11,313 bases of DNA from a virus (lineage: Duplodnaviria > Heunggongvirae > Uroviricota > Caudoviricetes). The stretch is from the IMG/VR virus record IMGVR_UViG_2703718815_000011, positions 1 to 11,313 of that record. One strand, given 5' to 3'. The notes under the pieces are model-generated. The model saw only the letters and a list, made by a program, of their open reading frames with translations. It was not told the origin of the DNA and did not search any database. Shown one piece after another: positions 1 through 5,477 of the stretch (position 1 is the stretch's first letter; the number at the start of each line of letters is the position of its first letter). Position numbers and translations under genes: made by a program.

Positions 1-645
1 CGCCCGACGCAGTTCGCGGTTTGCCATATGCAGTGATGGTAAAACCAGGTCATCCGCTCGCGTTTCAGTAAACGATGGCAGCGACTGCACAATGTCCGCC
101 ACAGTTTCTGTTTTAATATCTTCCTGTGTTGCAGCCTCCTGTACTGGTAACGCAACACCTGCGGGCTGAGGAAAGGCCTTACCAGCAGTTTCCGCTACCG
201 ATGCTGCTTTCAGCTCTGCTGGTAAATTATCGCCCGGTATGCAGTAACGAAATTTACCGCTCTGATTTACGCGAAGCAGACGACCTTTGCTGATTGCCAT
301 TGCCAGCGTTGAAGCCACTTTGCGTGATGTGGTACCAAACAATGTAGCCAGCTCATCCGCCGTTTGTGGTCCACGTTGTTCAATCGTCGCAGTTAAATCG
401 CTCTCTGAAATTTTCGCGACTGTTGCCGTGGTAGTTTCTTCCGGCAGTTCTGCCGGCGCTGGCTGTTCCTGCTGAACGTTGTTATCAGCCACACGCCAGG
501 TGTACGCGCTTTTATCAACGAAACCAGCCTTTTTCAGTTCCCATAGTTCGTTCAGCACTTCTTCACGACTGATATCAAGTCGCGCAGCAAGTTCTATGGA
601 TGTGGCTTTTCCCATTGCTTTCAGTGCATCAAAAACGGTTTCCAT
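1..645 (-). CDS. Tandem winged-helix (DUF1627-like) prophage protein, partial: C-terminus lies beyond the window start (at least 215 codons in window)
   Basis: Hand translation of the minus strand in the frame of the ATG at 643-645 finds no stop down to position 1 ([56 protein letters not shown]...[50 protein letters not shown]...). GGGAGG Shine-Dalgarno 8 nt upstream of the ATG. Two repeated wHTH-like segments. Absent from the ORF track because its stop is outside the window. The plus-strand ORFs 287-475 and 479-664 are its antisense shadows. Confidence 0.75.
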   Translation of the reverse strand, partial: METVFDALKAMGKATSIELAARLDISREEVLNELWELKKAGFVDKSAYTWRVADNNVQQEQPAPAELPEETTTATVAKISESDLTATIEQRGPQTADELATLFGTTSRKVASTLAMAISKGRLLRVNQSGKFRYCIPGDNLPAELKAASVAETAGKAFPQPAGVALPVQEAATQEDIKTETVADIVQSLPSFTETRADDLVLPSLHMANRELRRA

Positions 646-679
646 TAAAATTTCCTCCCGGTAAAAATTACTTCTCAAC

Positions 680-1345
680 TCAAACAAAACCAGCCGCTTT
701 CCGGCGTTCATACTCCTGTTTCAGCAACTCAATTGGCGTTGGTCCCGACGGGCGTTTTGGTGCTGCCAGTTGTCGCCGGACTGGCGGAACGCTCAGGCCG
801 TTACTAACATGCTTTGCCCATTTCGTCAGCTGCCGTTCTGCAAGCCGTTTTAATTCCCCTTCGGTCATCTGGCGCTCAATCCCCTTTGAACGCATCTCGA
901 GGCAAATGTGATACAGCACAGGTTGAGTCCACGGGTATTTATCGCTTCCGTCGTATCGCCAGGACTCATTGCGCCAGCGTCGGTACTCCTCCATCACGGC
1001 ATCCACCGTCAGACCGAATGGATTTGCCCCACTCTCCGAAATCAGCGCCACAAACTCAGCCAGGTCCGGAGGCCATGTTTCACCTGCCCTGCAACGGTCC
1101 ATGCACTGGCGGCAGACCTGCCGGATTTGCTGCTCAGTCATCGCGCCAATCTGTGCAATCCATAGCTTCGAAGGTGCGGCCCCGTTCTTCTGGGTCCAGC
1201 GGTTCGAATAAACCTCCCCCATGAGTTCCCACAGCTTCCAGGCCGTTTCCGTCGCTGATAAATCCGTTTTCACGTTCCCACTGCTCACGTGCTGCCCGAA
1301 TTTCCTGAACTGCCCGTGATGCGGTGCCACCTGGCTTTGCTGCAT
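680..1345 (-). CDS. Lambda P-like replication protein (DnaB helicase loader family), 221 aa
   Basis: C-terminal two thirds align by eye with lambda P (e.g. [12 protein letters not shown]... / [19 protein letters not shown]... versus lambda FLPSPGQFVAWC... / YPWKSNAHYWLVTNLYQNMRA...). ATG at 1343-1345 is preceded on the minus strand by AGGGGGTG 4 nt upstream. Sits immediately downstream of the initiator-like gene, as O-P does in lambda. Confidence 0.8.
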   Translation of the reverse strand: MQQSQVAPHHGQFRKFGQHVSSGNVKTDLSATETAWKLWELMGEVYSNRWTQKNGAAPSKLWIAQIGAMTEQQIRQVCRQCMDRCRAGETWPPDLAEFVALISESGANPFGLTVDAVMEEYRRWRNESWRYDGSDKYPWTQPVLYHICLEMRSKGIERQMTEGELKRLAERQLTKWAKHVSNGLSVPPVRRQLAAPKRPSGPTPIELLKQEYERRKAAGFV

Positions 1346-2153
1346 GGTTCACCCCCTTGCTGACTGGTTTAACCTGCGCCCTGACGTGATTTACGTGACG
1401 GGCGAATTTCTGTTCCCACTGAACCTGCGTGAAAACTTTCCCCTCCGCTGCCCAGTAGTCCCGGAAGGCGGCAAGTTCAGCAGGTGTAAATTCCGGCTCT
1501 GGCGGAGCCGCTCCCCACAGTGCAGCCCGTCGTCGGAAATCCGGCGACGGATTCCAGCCGTCGGTCATCGGAAATTTTCCGATAGGTTCGCTCAGGCCTT
1601 CTAGGTAATCAGGTTCCGCTGCCTGCAACGGCAAACCATTCGACTCACTGGTCGGAGCACTCTCGCGCACGCGCGCGCTATGTGTGGGGTTTAATTCTTT
1701 TAGATCTGTATCTGTATCTTTATTAGTTGCTTTTGTGTTTGCGTCATGTTCAAACACCACACCAACATTTGTTTGAACACCTGTTAAATCTCTCTCTTGT
1801 TTTTTTTGAATATCTGCTTCCTTTCTGCTTCTTCTGGCTTGAACAGATGCTTTTCCGGCGGCTGATTTTTTGGTTAATTTTTCCCTGACTGATGCCAGAT
1901 CTTCCTCAATCCGAAGATGCACCCATTCATCGCCGTTATCGCAAAAAAACTCCCGCAAGGATGGTTCCACATCAGCCCATCGCTCGTTAGTCAGACGGGA
2001 AATTTTTGCCAGCCTGTTTTTGGGTATTGGCTTTCCTGTTTGCCAGTAATTGAACATCAGCAACAAATACGCACCGTGCTCCTCTGCTGACAAATGCATG
2101 GTGTCAGCCAGGTAATCAGCTATGTACAGTTGCATGTATGGTAATGCGGCCAT
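1134..2153 (-). CDS. YdaU-like replication initiation protein: N-terminal DUF1376 domain, K/E-rich linker, C-terminal DnaT/O-like region (339 aa from ATG at 2153; an upstream in-frame ATG at 2204 would give 356 aa)
   Basis: Long minus-strand ORF. DUF1376-like signature MAALPYMQLYIADYLADTMHLSAEEHGAYLLLMFNYW starts exactly at the ATG at 2151-2153, which has a weak GGGG SD; the ATG at 2202-2204 has no SD. C-terminal segment FTPAELAAFRDYWAAEGKVFTQVQWEQKFARHV resembles primosomal/O-like C-terminal domains. Start choice is uncertain. Confidence 0.7.
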   Translation of the reverse strand: MAALPYMQLYIADYLADTMHLSAEEHGAYLLLMFNYWQTGKPIPKNRLAKISRLTNERWADVEPSLREFFCDNGDEWVHLRIEEDLASVREKLTKKSAAGKASVQARRSRKEADIQKKQERDLTGVQTNVGVVFEHDANTKATNKDTDTDLKELNPTHSARVRESAPTSESNGLPLQAAEPDYLEGLSEPIGKFPMTDGWNPSPDFRRRAALWGAAPPEPEFTPAELAAFRDYWAAEGKVFTQVQWEQKFARHVNHVRAQVKPVSKGVNHAAKPGGTASRAVQEIRAAREQWERENGFISDGNGLEAVGTHGGGLFEPLDPEERGRTFEAMDCTDWRDD

Positions 2154-2216
2154 AATTGCCCCGTATGATGCTGCCCGGTGGCTTACAATAAGCACAAACA
2201 GCATGGAAACTTTTGC

Positions 2217-2639
2217 TTAATGAACAATGAAAGAATCGTCGGAAGACCCGCCGCCGCTGAAATGCGCTTTACGGTAAACGGCCTGGACTGCGTCATCATG
2301 CGCATCAATTGCCGTACTCAACGCTTCCTGCGCCGCCAGTAATGCACGGCGTTCCAGGGTATCGAAGATGCAGAGTCGGTGACGCAGCTCGCGCGGAAGG
2401 ATTGCCAGAATTGCAGGGATCAGTTTCTGAATTTTTACCCTTTGCGCCTCCGTTTCACCTTTTAACCAACGGTGATAGATGTTCTGCTGATTATTCCAGT
2501 CCTTGCCTGGTACCAAGGGCAATTCGCCGCCCCCCTGGCGCAGATATTCTTCAGTAATTGCGTTAGCGACCCACGCCTGCCCTTTTTCAGCGGCTAGGGC
2601 TAACAACACTGATTCGATGTGCTCATGCCTGATTTTCAT
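2217..2639 (-). CDS. ydaT: YdaT-like protein (reported CII-like regulator / former putative toxin), 140 aa
   Basis: 140-aa ORF, the length I recall for K-12 Rac YdaT. AGGAG SD 7 nt upstream of the ATG at 2637-2639. Lies 10 nt downstream of the Cro-like gene on the same strand. Confidence 0.8.
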   Translation of the reverse strand: MKIRHEHIESVLLALAAEKGQAWVANAITEEYLRQGGGELPLVPGKDWNNQQNIYHRWLKGETEAQRVKIQKLIPAILAILPRELRHRLCIFDTLERRALLAAQEALSTAIDAHDDAVQAVYRKAHFSGGGSSDDSFIVH

Positions 2640-2649
2640 GAATCAACTC

Positions 2650-2898
2650 CTATGCATTTTGTGTGTTAGCCTTACATCCAACAGGTAAACCATCGGTCGG
2701 ATTCGGGTAGATATCAGGCCGGAGTTCATGAGGTGTAACCTCGAAATTCGTTACTTCAGCAACACGTAATGCTTTTTCAGGGCTGAATCTTTCATAGCCC
2801 CCCAGCACTCGACTTACATGCACCTGAGATAAACCCGTTAGCTTCCCAAACTGTAGCTGGGTGATATTTTTCTCTTTTAAATAGTCTCTTAAGTTCAT
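2650..2898 (-). CDS. ydaS: Cro-like HTH (XRE family) regulator, YdaS-like, 82 aa
   Basis: HTH motif NITQLQFGKLTGLSQVHVSRVLGG. First real ATG is at 2896-2898 (the track's M at 2902-2904 is TTG). AGAAGG SD upstream on the minus strand. Divergent from the CI-like repressor gene. I recall K-12 YdaS as slightly longer, so the allele or start may differ. Confidence 0.7.
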   Translation of the reverse strand: MNLRDYLKEKNITQLQFGKLTGLSQVHVSRVLGGYERFSPEKALRVAEVTNFEVTPHELRPDIYPNPTDGLPVGCKANTQNA

Positions 2899-2927
2899 AG
2901 CCAACCTTCTACGTTATGCCTCGAGAA

Positions 2928-3000
2928 AATATTAGCCCCACTAATTTTAAAGATCAATAGTCAGACTATCTTTGATAATATTGGTAAAACAAATAAACTC
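2928..3000. promoter_or_regulatory. Divergent immunity promoters and operator: PR-like (minus strand, -10 TAATAT = plus 2928-2933, -35 TTGATC = plus 2952-2957, 18-nt spacer); PRM-like (plus strand, -35 TTGATA 2972-2977, -10 TAAACT 2994-2999); 13-bp palindrome ATAGTC-A-GACTAT at 2957-2969 between the two -35 elements
   Basis: Hexamers and palindrome read directly from sequence. Architecture matches a lambdoid OR region between CI-like and Cro-like genes. No promoter-scoring software was run. Confidence 0.45.
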
Positions 3001-3005
3001 TATGT

Positions 3006-3467
3006 ATGAAAAAAACACGCGAAGTGATTGCAACTCCAGAAGCGAGCAAGAATTTAAAAGCCGCATGGAATGCAAGAAAAAAAGAGCTGAAGCTGACTCA
3101 AGAGCTGGCGGCTGAGTTGTTGGGATTCGAATCTCAAGGCACCGTTAGCCAGTATCTGAACGGCAAGATACCGATAAATACCGACGCTGCGCTAAAATTT
3201 GCGGCTCTGTTAAAGGTAAAACCAGAGGACATTCGAGAAGACCTTAAAGACTTAATGAATTATGTAAGATCATCAGATACTTATGATGATAGCTTTTCAG
3301 GCAAAGGATGGAGGCTGGTCAATGAAGAACAGGCAGAGTTACTTAACCTCTTCGAGATTCTACCTGCGTCAGAAAAAGCCAAACTCCTTAACCAGCTACG
3401 TGGACTAAACAAGCTCTACGAGGAAGCCTTCGAGAACATGCTGGCACTAAAGAAACGCAACCAGTAG
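3006..3467 (+). CDS. racR: CI-type prophage repressor, HTH_XRE N-terminal domain, no recognisable S24 (LexA-like) autopeptidase domain; RacR-like, 153 aa
   Basis: HTH LTQELAAELLGFESQGTVSQYLNGKIPINTDAALKFAALLKVKPEDI. No SD upstream of the ATG at 3006 and a -10-like element ends ~6 nt upstream, suggesting a leaderless mRNA as for lambda cI from PRM. Followed by a strong terminator. Confidence 0.75.
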   Translation: MKKTREVIATPEASKNLKAAWNARKKELKLTQELAAELLGFESQGTVSQYLNGKIPINTDAALKFAALLKVKPEDIREDLKDLMNYVRSSDTYDDSFSGKGWRLVNEEQAELLNLFEILPASEKAKLLNQLRGLNKLYEEAFENMLALKKRNQ

Positions 3468-3493
3468 CCACCGCTCACTACCCCATCCACAAC

Positions 3494-3524
3494 AAAAAAA
3501 ACCGACGTCTTAGTCGGTTTTTTT
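3494..3524. terminator. Bidirectional intrinsic terminator (A-tract, CCGAC-GTCTTA-GTCGG stem-loop, T7 tract)
   Basis: AAAAAAAACCGACGTCTTAGTCGGTTTTTTT read directly from sequence, 27 nt after the repressor stop. The A-tract/T-tract symmetry means it can terminate transcripts from either strand. Confidence 0.7.
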
Positions 3525-3621
3525 GTGCCATAACTTCTGCAAATCAGCTGTATAACTAATATTTTTCCCTTGAAAAAACATTTACTTAGTTACCAAATCA
3601 AAAACATCATACGTCACACTG

Positions 3622-3650
3622 TTGACTTGAAATATCCGTATTACTAATAT
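3622..3650 (+). promoter_or_regulatory. pL-like sigma70 promoter: TTGACT (3622-3627), 17-nt spacer, TAATAT (3645-3650)
   Basis: Near-consensus hexamers with optimal spacing, 68 nt upstream of the first gene of the + strand early operon (3718). The -10 lies inside a 15-bp motif that is repeated 88 bp upstream. Confidence 0.55.
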
Positions 3651-3717
3651 TTCTATCAAGAACAGCACGGCGCTGTAGGTTTTAGTTCCGCCACCCGGCG
3701 TTAAGGGGAGAGATAAG

Positions 3718-4023
3718 ATGACATTTACTCAGAGTATTGACCCGCCAGAAACGAATAATGCTGTATTTTGCCTGGCGTATGAATTGTCTGTACAAGCATC
3801 AACAATGGCAAAGGAGAGAGAGCTAACTCCAAGGCAGGCACGTCTCGCACTGGAACTCGCCAGCCGGGTATCAGTAGCAAAAAAAATCGCACCAGCCGTA
3901 ATGGCACGAAACCTGGCTAATGCAATTACAGATGTCAGGTCACTACAACCATACAATTATCATGTCGAAGAGGCATTAGAAAAATTAATCGCTGCTGCGG
4001 ACGCCATCATTGATGAACTGTAA
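3718..4023 (+). CDS. Hypothetical small Ala-rich helical protein, 101 aa; first gene of the early-left operon (the position N occupies in lambda, but no arginine-rich motif)
   Basis: Strong SD AAGGGGAGAG 6-8 nt upstream of the ATG; protein-like composition. Function unknown. Confidence 0.7.
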   Translation: MTFTQSIDPPETNNAVFCLAYELSVQASTMAKERELTPRQARLALELASRVSVAKKIAPAVMARNLANAITDVRSLQPYNYHVEEALEKLIAAADAIIDEL

Positions 4024-4218
4024 TAATTGATATGCGGGAGAATTTCTATTCCTGAGAGACGCATTTTTCACGCCCGGACAACGCCCGGCAATTGCCAGAT
4101 TCAGTTTTTCACGCTGCTCTGGCGTAAGAAGTTTAACAAGTTCTTCAAGAACAAGCGTGGTAGCCTCTAATCTGGCGGAAAGATAATCAATATTTTTGTG
4201 TTGAGATTGAATAGGCAT
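3985..4218 (-). CDS. Hypothetical 77-aa protein on the opposite strand in the sieB-equivalent position; convergent with, and overlapping by 39 nt, the 3718-4023 gene
   Basis: ATG at plus 4216-4218 with TAAGGA SD 7 nt upstream on the minus strand. Candidate extended -10 promoter upstream. Product MPIQSQHKNIDYLSARLEATTLVLEELVKLLTPEQREKLNLAIAG... is soluble and helical; it is not SieB-like (SieB is a membrane protein). Confidence 0.5.
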   Translation of the reverse strand: MPIQSQHKNIDYLSARLEATTLVLEELVKLLTPEQREKLNLAIAGRCPGVKNASLRNRNSPAYQLLQFINDGVRSSD

Positions 4219-4250
4219 AAGCAATTCCTTACTGGTTGTGTGAGAACTCC

Positions 4251-4279
4251 AGTATACCACCGAGCCTGAAGTGGTAAAA
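4251..4279 (-). promoter_or_regulatory. Candidate extended -10 promoter for the 3985-4218 gene (minus-strand TGgTATACT; weak -35 TTTTAC)
   Basis: Minus-strand sequence ...TTTTAC-N17-TATACT with TG at -15/-14, read from the reverse complement of 4251-4279. Weak -35, so low confidence. Confidence 0.3.
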
Positions 4280-4448
4280 AGACAGGCATACAACACGAAG
4301 GCGCATTTCCGGTATCCATAAAGAGTCGGTCTTGTCTGTGAAATTTAAATGGTGGGAGTGCGCCTCCGGTTGTGAATAACAACACTGCTGTGTGTAGTCT
4401 TGGCGGCATCAGTTTTTTCTTGAAGTACGACTGATGTCTGCCCTTTTT

Positions 4449-4594
4449 AAAGTGAATTTTGTGATGCGGTGAATGCGGCTAAGCGCACGCGGCACAGTTA
4501 AAAGCATCAGTGTTATGGGTGGATTATCCGGCGTTAATTGTTAACTGGTTAACGTCACCTGGAGGCACCAGGCACCGCATCACAAAATTCACTT
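4449..4594. repeat. Perfect 22-bp inverted repeat AAGTGAATTTTGTGATGCGGTG (4449-4470) / CACCGCATCACAAAATTCACTT (4573-4594) flanking a 102-bp segment
   Basis: Exact reverse-complement match verified base by base. The right arm ends 22 nt before the ATG of the 4616 gene. The enclosed segment contains GTTAACTGGTTAAC (two palindromic GTTAAC hexamers). Confidence 0.9.
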
Positions 4595-4615
4595 AGTAAC
4601 CAAGAAGGGAATTAT

Positions 4616-4888
4616 ATGCAAGAGATAAGTTTTGAAGTAACAGCAAAAGATGTACAGGTTAAGCCCGATTACAATCAAAAATTATGTATTGAAGTCAATG
4701 GCGTGAAGTTATCAGACCTGATTGATTCAGTTGAAGATAACGACGCTATTATTGAAATGGTTGGAGCCGAAGAAATAGCAGAATACTTTTCAACAGAGGG
4801 GCGTCTTCATGAGCTTCTGGAAAAATTTTCATATCAGGATATCGCTACATTTCTGGAAATTAATGGTTATAAAGTTACCGAGGAATAA
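4616..4888 (+). CDS. Hypothetical highly acidic small protein, 90 aa (about 21 D/E versus 7 K/R)
   Basis: AAGAAGGGA SD 6 nt upstream of the ATG. Charge counted directly from the translation. No family recognised. Confidence 0.7.
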   Translation: MQEISFEVTAKDVQVKPDYNQKLCIEVNGVKLSDLIDSVEDNDAIIEMVGAEEIAEYFSTEGRLHELLEKFSYQDIATFLEINGYKVTEE

Positions 4889-4906
4889 AGTAGCTCAGGT
4901 GGCGTT

Positions 4907-5116
4907 ATGGAACGTAATCATCTAACAGCTATCAGTGCCGCACAGAGTAAATTCGCCATCGCTGTATTTTTACAGGATGAAGAAATGTTTGAGCAGGCCA
5001 TTATTCAGTTTGCAATTGCGACCGGGAGTAAAATAAATGAACACTTTGTTCGCTCTTGTCATGACCGTTTTTCTGACATCAGGCGAAACTCAGGATGTTG
5101 TTACCGGAATTTATAA
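4907..5116 (+). CDS. Hypothetical 69-aa ORF; its 3' third overlaps the next gene out of frame
   Basis: AGGTGG SD 4 nt upstream. N-terminal 43 aa look protein-like, but the C-terminal part falls in the overlap with the 5037 gene and looks poor. It could be real, shorter, or spurious. Confidence 0.3.
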   Translation: MERNHLTAISAAQSKFAIAVFLQDEEMFEQAIIQFAIATGSKINEHFVRSCHDRFSDIRRNSGCCYRNL

Positions 5117-5273
5117 CTCCGAATCTGAATGCAAGGCCGCAGCTATTGAGCAAAAAGTAGCTGGTGAATGTTTCCCTGTTGAGAAATTTATCCGGCCTGT
5201 AGATGAAGAAATTCCCGCAGGCCTCACAGGAGAAAATCATGAAAATAAAATGTGGTTACCACCTTTGCAATAA
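5037..5273 (+). CDS. Hypothetical 78-aa protein with N-terminal hydrophobic segment and two Cys; occupies the position of kil/kilR upstream of ydaE
   Basis: GGGAG SD 8 nt upstream of the ATG. N-terminus MNTLFALVMTVFLTSG is hydrophobic without a basic n-region (membrane anchor rather than a classical signal peptide). Assignment as a KilR homologue is positional only; I cannot recall the KilR sequence. Confidence 0.55.
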   Translation: MNTLFALVMTVFLTSGETQDVVTGIYNSESECKAAAIEQKVAGECFPVEKFIRPVDEEIPAGLTGENHENKMWLPPLQ

Positions 5274-5403
5274 AGACGTTGAAGAAAGCAAAACTATTAC
5301 AAGACCACTTCATTTCATGCGTGGAGTTATCCCAACGACGGAAATGAAAAAATATTGTAGTGAAAATTGTGCCGAAAAAGACCAGATGGCACACGAACTT
5401 TAA
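5239..5403 (+). CDS. ydaE: YdaE-like small Cys4 (zinc-binding) protein, 54 aa
   Basis: MKIKCGYHLCNKDVEESKTITRPLHFMRGVIPTTEMKKYCSENCAEKDQMAHEL, with Cys pairs C5/C10 and C40/C44. GGAG SD 6 nt upstream of the ATG at 5239; the track's upstream ATG at 5203 has no SD. Lies between the kil-position gene and racC, as in Rac. Confidence 0.65.
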   Translation: MKIKCGYHLCNKDVEESKTITRPLHFMRGVIPTTEMKKYCSENCAEKDQMAHEL

Positions 5404-5477
5404 TTAACTGACTATTCGAAACTGAATTTATGCCAGCAATGGCAGGGATTCGCTCAACCTTAATTAAGGAGAAAAAC

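Noticed and set aside
287-911. Plus-strand ORFs 287-475, 479-664 and 600-911 from the track
   Set aside because: Low-complexity Ser/Ala/Val-rich translations with no RBS; they lie antisense to the minus-strand winged-helix gene (1-645) and the P-like gene, so they are shadow ORFs.
814-1604. Plus-strand ORFs 814-1224, 908-1165, 969-1211 and 1344-1604
   Set aside because: Antisense shadows of the P-like and initiator-like genes; Arg/Ser/Pro-rich junk-like composition.
2309-2688. Plus-strand ORFs 2309-2557 and 2503-2688
   Set aside because: Antisense to ydaT; no RBS; composition not protein-like.
2902-2904. Track start codon (M) for the Cro-like ORF at 2904
   Set aside because: The codon is TTG, with the first ATG two codons downstream (2896-2898) behind an AGAAGG SD; the ATG was used as the start.
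3725-3956. Minus-strand ORFs 3725-3907 and 3729-3956
   Set aside because: Fully nested antisense within the well-supported 3718-4023 gene; no RBS.
3718-4023. Idea that the first early-operon gene is an N-like antiterminator
   Set aside because: No arginine-rich N-terminal motif, and I could not find boxA/boxB-like nut elements downstream of the promoter; left as hypothetical.
3985-4296. Longer 103-aa version of the minus-strand ORF starting at 4296
   Set aside because: The internal ATG at 4218 has a TAAGGA SD at ideal spacing, whereas the 4296 start lies within the putative promoter; the short form was preferred.
4167-4409. Minus-strand 80-aa ORF
   Set aside because: Overlaps the start region and promoter of the better-supported 3985-4218 gene; Pro/Leu/Cys-rich low-complexity translation; no SD.
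5203-5238. Upstream ATG (5203) for ydaE giving 66 aa
   Set aside because: No SD; the ATG at 5239 has GGAG at correct spacing and gives the compact Cys4 protein.
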